Below are positions 62,882 to 64,000 of a stretch of 64,000 nt of DNA, piece by piece. Origin of the DNA: Oscillospiraceae bacterium. Its GTDB lineage: Bacteria; Bacillota; Clostridia; Oscillospirales; CAG-272. The stretch spans positions 7,974-71,973 of the forward strand of contig SVTG01000005.1 in NCBI GenBank assembly GCA_015063895.1. The letters are read 5' to 3'. The notes under the pieces are model-generated. The model made no database searches. It was not told the origin of the DNA and saw nothing but the letters and a program-made list of their open reading frames with translations. Positions within the stretch are counted from its first letter, which is position 1; each line of letters begins with the position of its first letter. Both the position numbers and the translations under genes were made by a program.

Positions 62882-64000
62882 TTATGCTTTGTTTACTTTT
62901 GTGCCGTACAGCGCAAAGGCCGCGGCACGCTCTATTTTGACCGTTACCCATTCCCCTTCAGGGGCAGGGTCGGTGAAAAAGACGATCTTATTTTGGTCGG
63001 TGCGCCCCGTATAGGTATCGGCATCGGTTTTACTCTGCCCCTCACACAGCACGCGCAGACACCGCCCAAGCAGCTTTTCGTTTTGGGCATCTGCAATTTC
63101 ATTTTGCAAGGCAAGCAAGCGATTCATGCGTGCGGCACCCACGGCATGAGGGATCTGCCCCTCCATGGCGGCCGCTGGCGTGCCCTTGCGCGGCGAATAG
63201 ATGAAGGAATAGATCATATCAAAGCGGACATGGCGAAGCACGTCAAGCGTTTCCTCAAATTCGGCCTCTGTTTCGGTCGGGAACGCCACGATAATATCGG
63301 TTGTGATCGAAATATCGGGCATTTTTTCGCGCATGTACGAAACCATTTCAAGATATTTGTCGCGTGTATAATGGCGATTCATCAGGGTAAGGATCCGATC
63401 GTTGCCCGCTTGCAGGGGCAAATGGAAGCTGTGCGGTATATGGCGCCCTGCCGCCATGACGTCAACAAGCTCCTTTGTGGCGTCCTTCGGATGGCTTGTC
63501 ATAAAGCGCAGGATAAAGTCGCCCTCGATCTTATCAAGGTCGGCAAGTAATTGGGGGAAACGGTAGCCGTCGGCACGCTCCTTGCCGTAGGAGTTGACGT
63601 TTTGGCCAAGCAGAGTTATCTCCTTATATCCTGCATTGACAAGAGCCTTGACCTCGGCGATAATATCCTCTGGCGCGCGACTGCGCTCACGCCCGCGCAC
63701 GTAAGGCACGATGCAATACGAGCAGAAATTGTTACAGCCGTACATAATGCTGACCCATGCGCGATAGGTGCTTTCGCGGCGCACAGGGCACCCCTCGGCC
63801 ACGGTGTACTCCTCCTCGCCGACGATCCTGCGTTTGCCCTTTTCAAGCACCTCGGCAAGGTACTGCGGCAAGCGATACAAGACCGACGTGCAAAGCGTAA
63901 AGCTAACGTAAGGATAGCTTTTTTTCAGTTCAGCGCGACGATGCTCCTGCGCCACCATACAGCCGCAAAGACCGATAATAAGATCGGGATTTTTTTCGCG
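62882..64000 (-). CDS. miaB: tRNA-2-methylthio-N6-dimethylallyladenosine synthase MiaB (N-terminus outside the window)
   Basis: Radical-SAM motif CNNFCSYC and a C-terminal TRAM domain. The reading frame stays open from 63958 to the window edge (...REKNPDLIIGLCGCMVAQE). Confidence 0.93.
   Translation of the reverse strand, partial: REKNPDLIIGLCGCMVAQEHRRAELKKSYPYVSFTLCTSVLYRLPQYLAEVLEKGKRRIVGEEEYTVAEGCPVRRESTYRAWVSIMYGCNNFCSYCIVPYVRGRERSRAPEDIIAEVKALVNAGYKEITLLGQNVNSYGKERADGYRFPQLLADLDKIEGDFILRFMTSHPKDATKELVDVMAAGRHIPHSFHLPLQAGNDRILTLMNRHYTRDKYLEMVSYMREKMPDISITTDIIVAFPTETEAEFEETLDVLRHVRFDMIYSFIYSPRKGTPAAAMEGQIPHAVGAARMNRLLALQNEIADAQNEKLLGRCLRVLCEGQSKTDADTYTGRTDQNKIVFFTDPAPEGEWVTVKIERAAAFALYGTKVNKA

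Overview
This is a 64-kb chromosomal window from a fairly GC-rich Firmicutes/Clostridia-type genome. Hand counts of sample lines give about 58-63% GC in most genes. The taxonomic guess is an inference from Shine-Dalgarno-led genes, a T-box leader on pheST, an ECF S-component, and the miaB / YmcA-like / mutS / mutL gene order. I call 56 protein-coding genes (two cut by the window edges), one T-box leader, about ten intrinsic terminators, nine sigma-A-type promoters and several repeat elements. I saw no rRNA, tRNA, CRISPR array, transposase, integrase or phage genes. Most of the window is housekeeping: pgi, pheST, fhs, folD, tsaEB, rpiB, ispDF, rpe, lgt, argS, tldD/pmbA, tgt, mutSL, miaB, ABC transporters and peptidases. 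Seven places look non-routine. (1) At 3.5-10.1 kb, an 1838-aa secreted beta-helix-type protein is followed 19 nt later by an unannotated 42-codon ORF. The pair is bracketed by ~75-nt direct repeats that share an identical 39-mer terminator module, and a 440-nt hairpin-dense tract lies downstream. (2) An operon encodes an orphan ECF S-component plus two tandem paralogous TIM-barrel isomerase/epimerase genes. (3) A DeoR-controlled operon joins an MlrC/M81 peptidase to a GlpA-like three-gene flavoprotein set, behind an array of helically phased T(T/G)CCACA boxes. (4) Three single-gene low-GC islands encode an anchored secreted hypothetical with a perfect consensus promoter, a BspA-type LRR lipoprotein and a DUF559 endonuclease-like gene. 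(5) A ~132-141-nt unit is tandemly repeated 2.5 times, starting inside the last 7 codons of mutL. (6) An inverted pair of ~50-nt palindromic elements sits near DUF559, and one of them supplies that gene's C-terminus and stop. (7) An M14 peptidase homologue has probably lost its catalytic residues. I did not recognise any canonical defence or mobile system, so all 'novel system' candidates here are hypotheses. All calls come from reading the sequence and from remembered family signatures. No searches were run.
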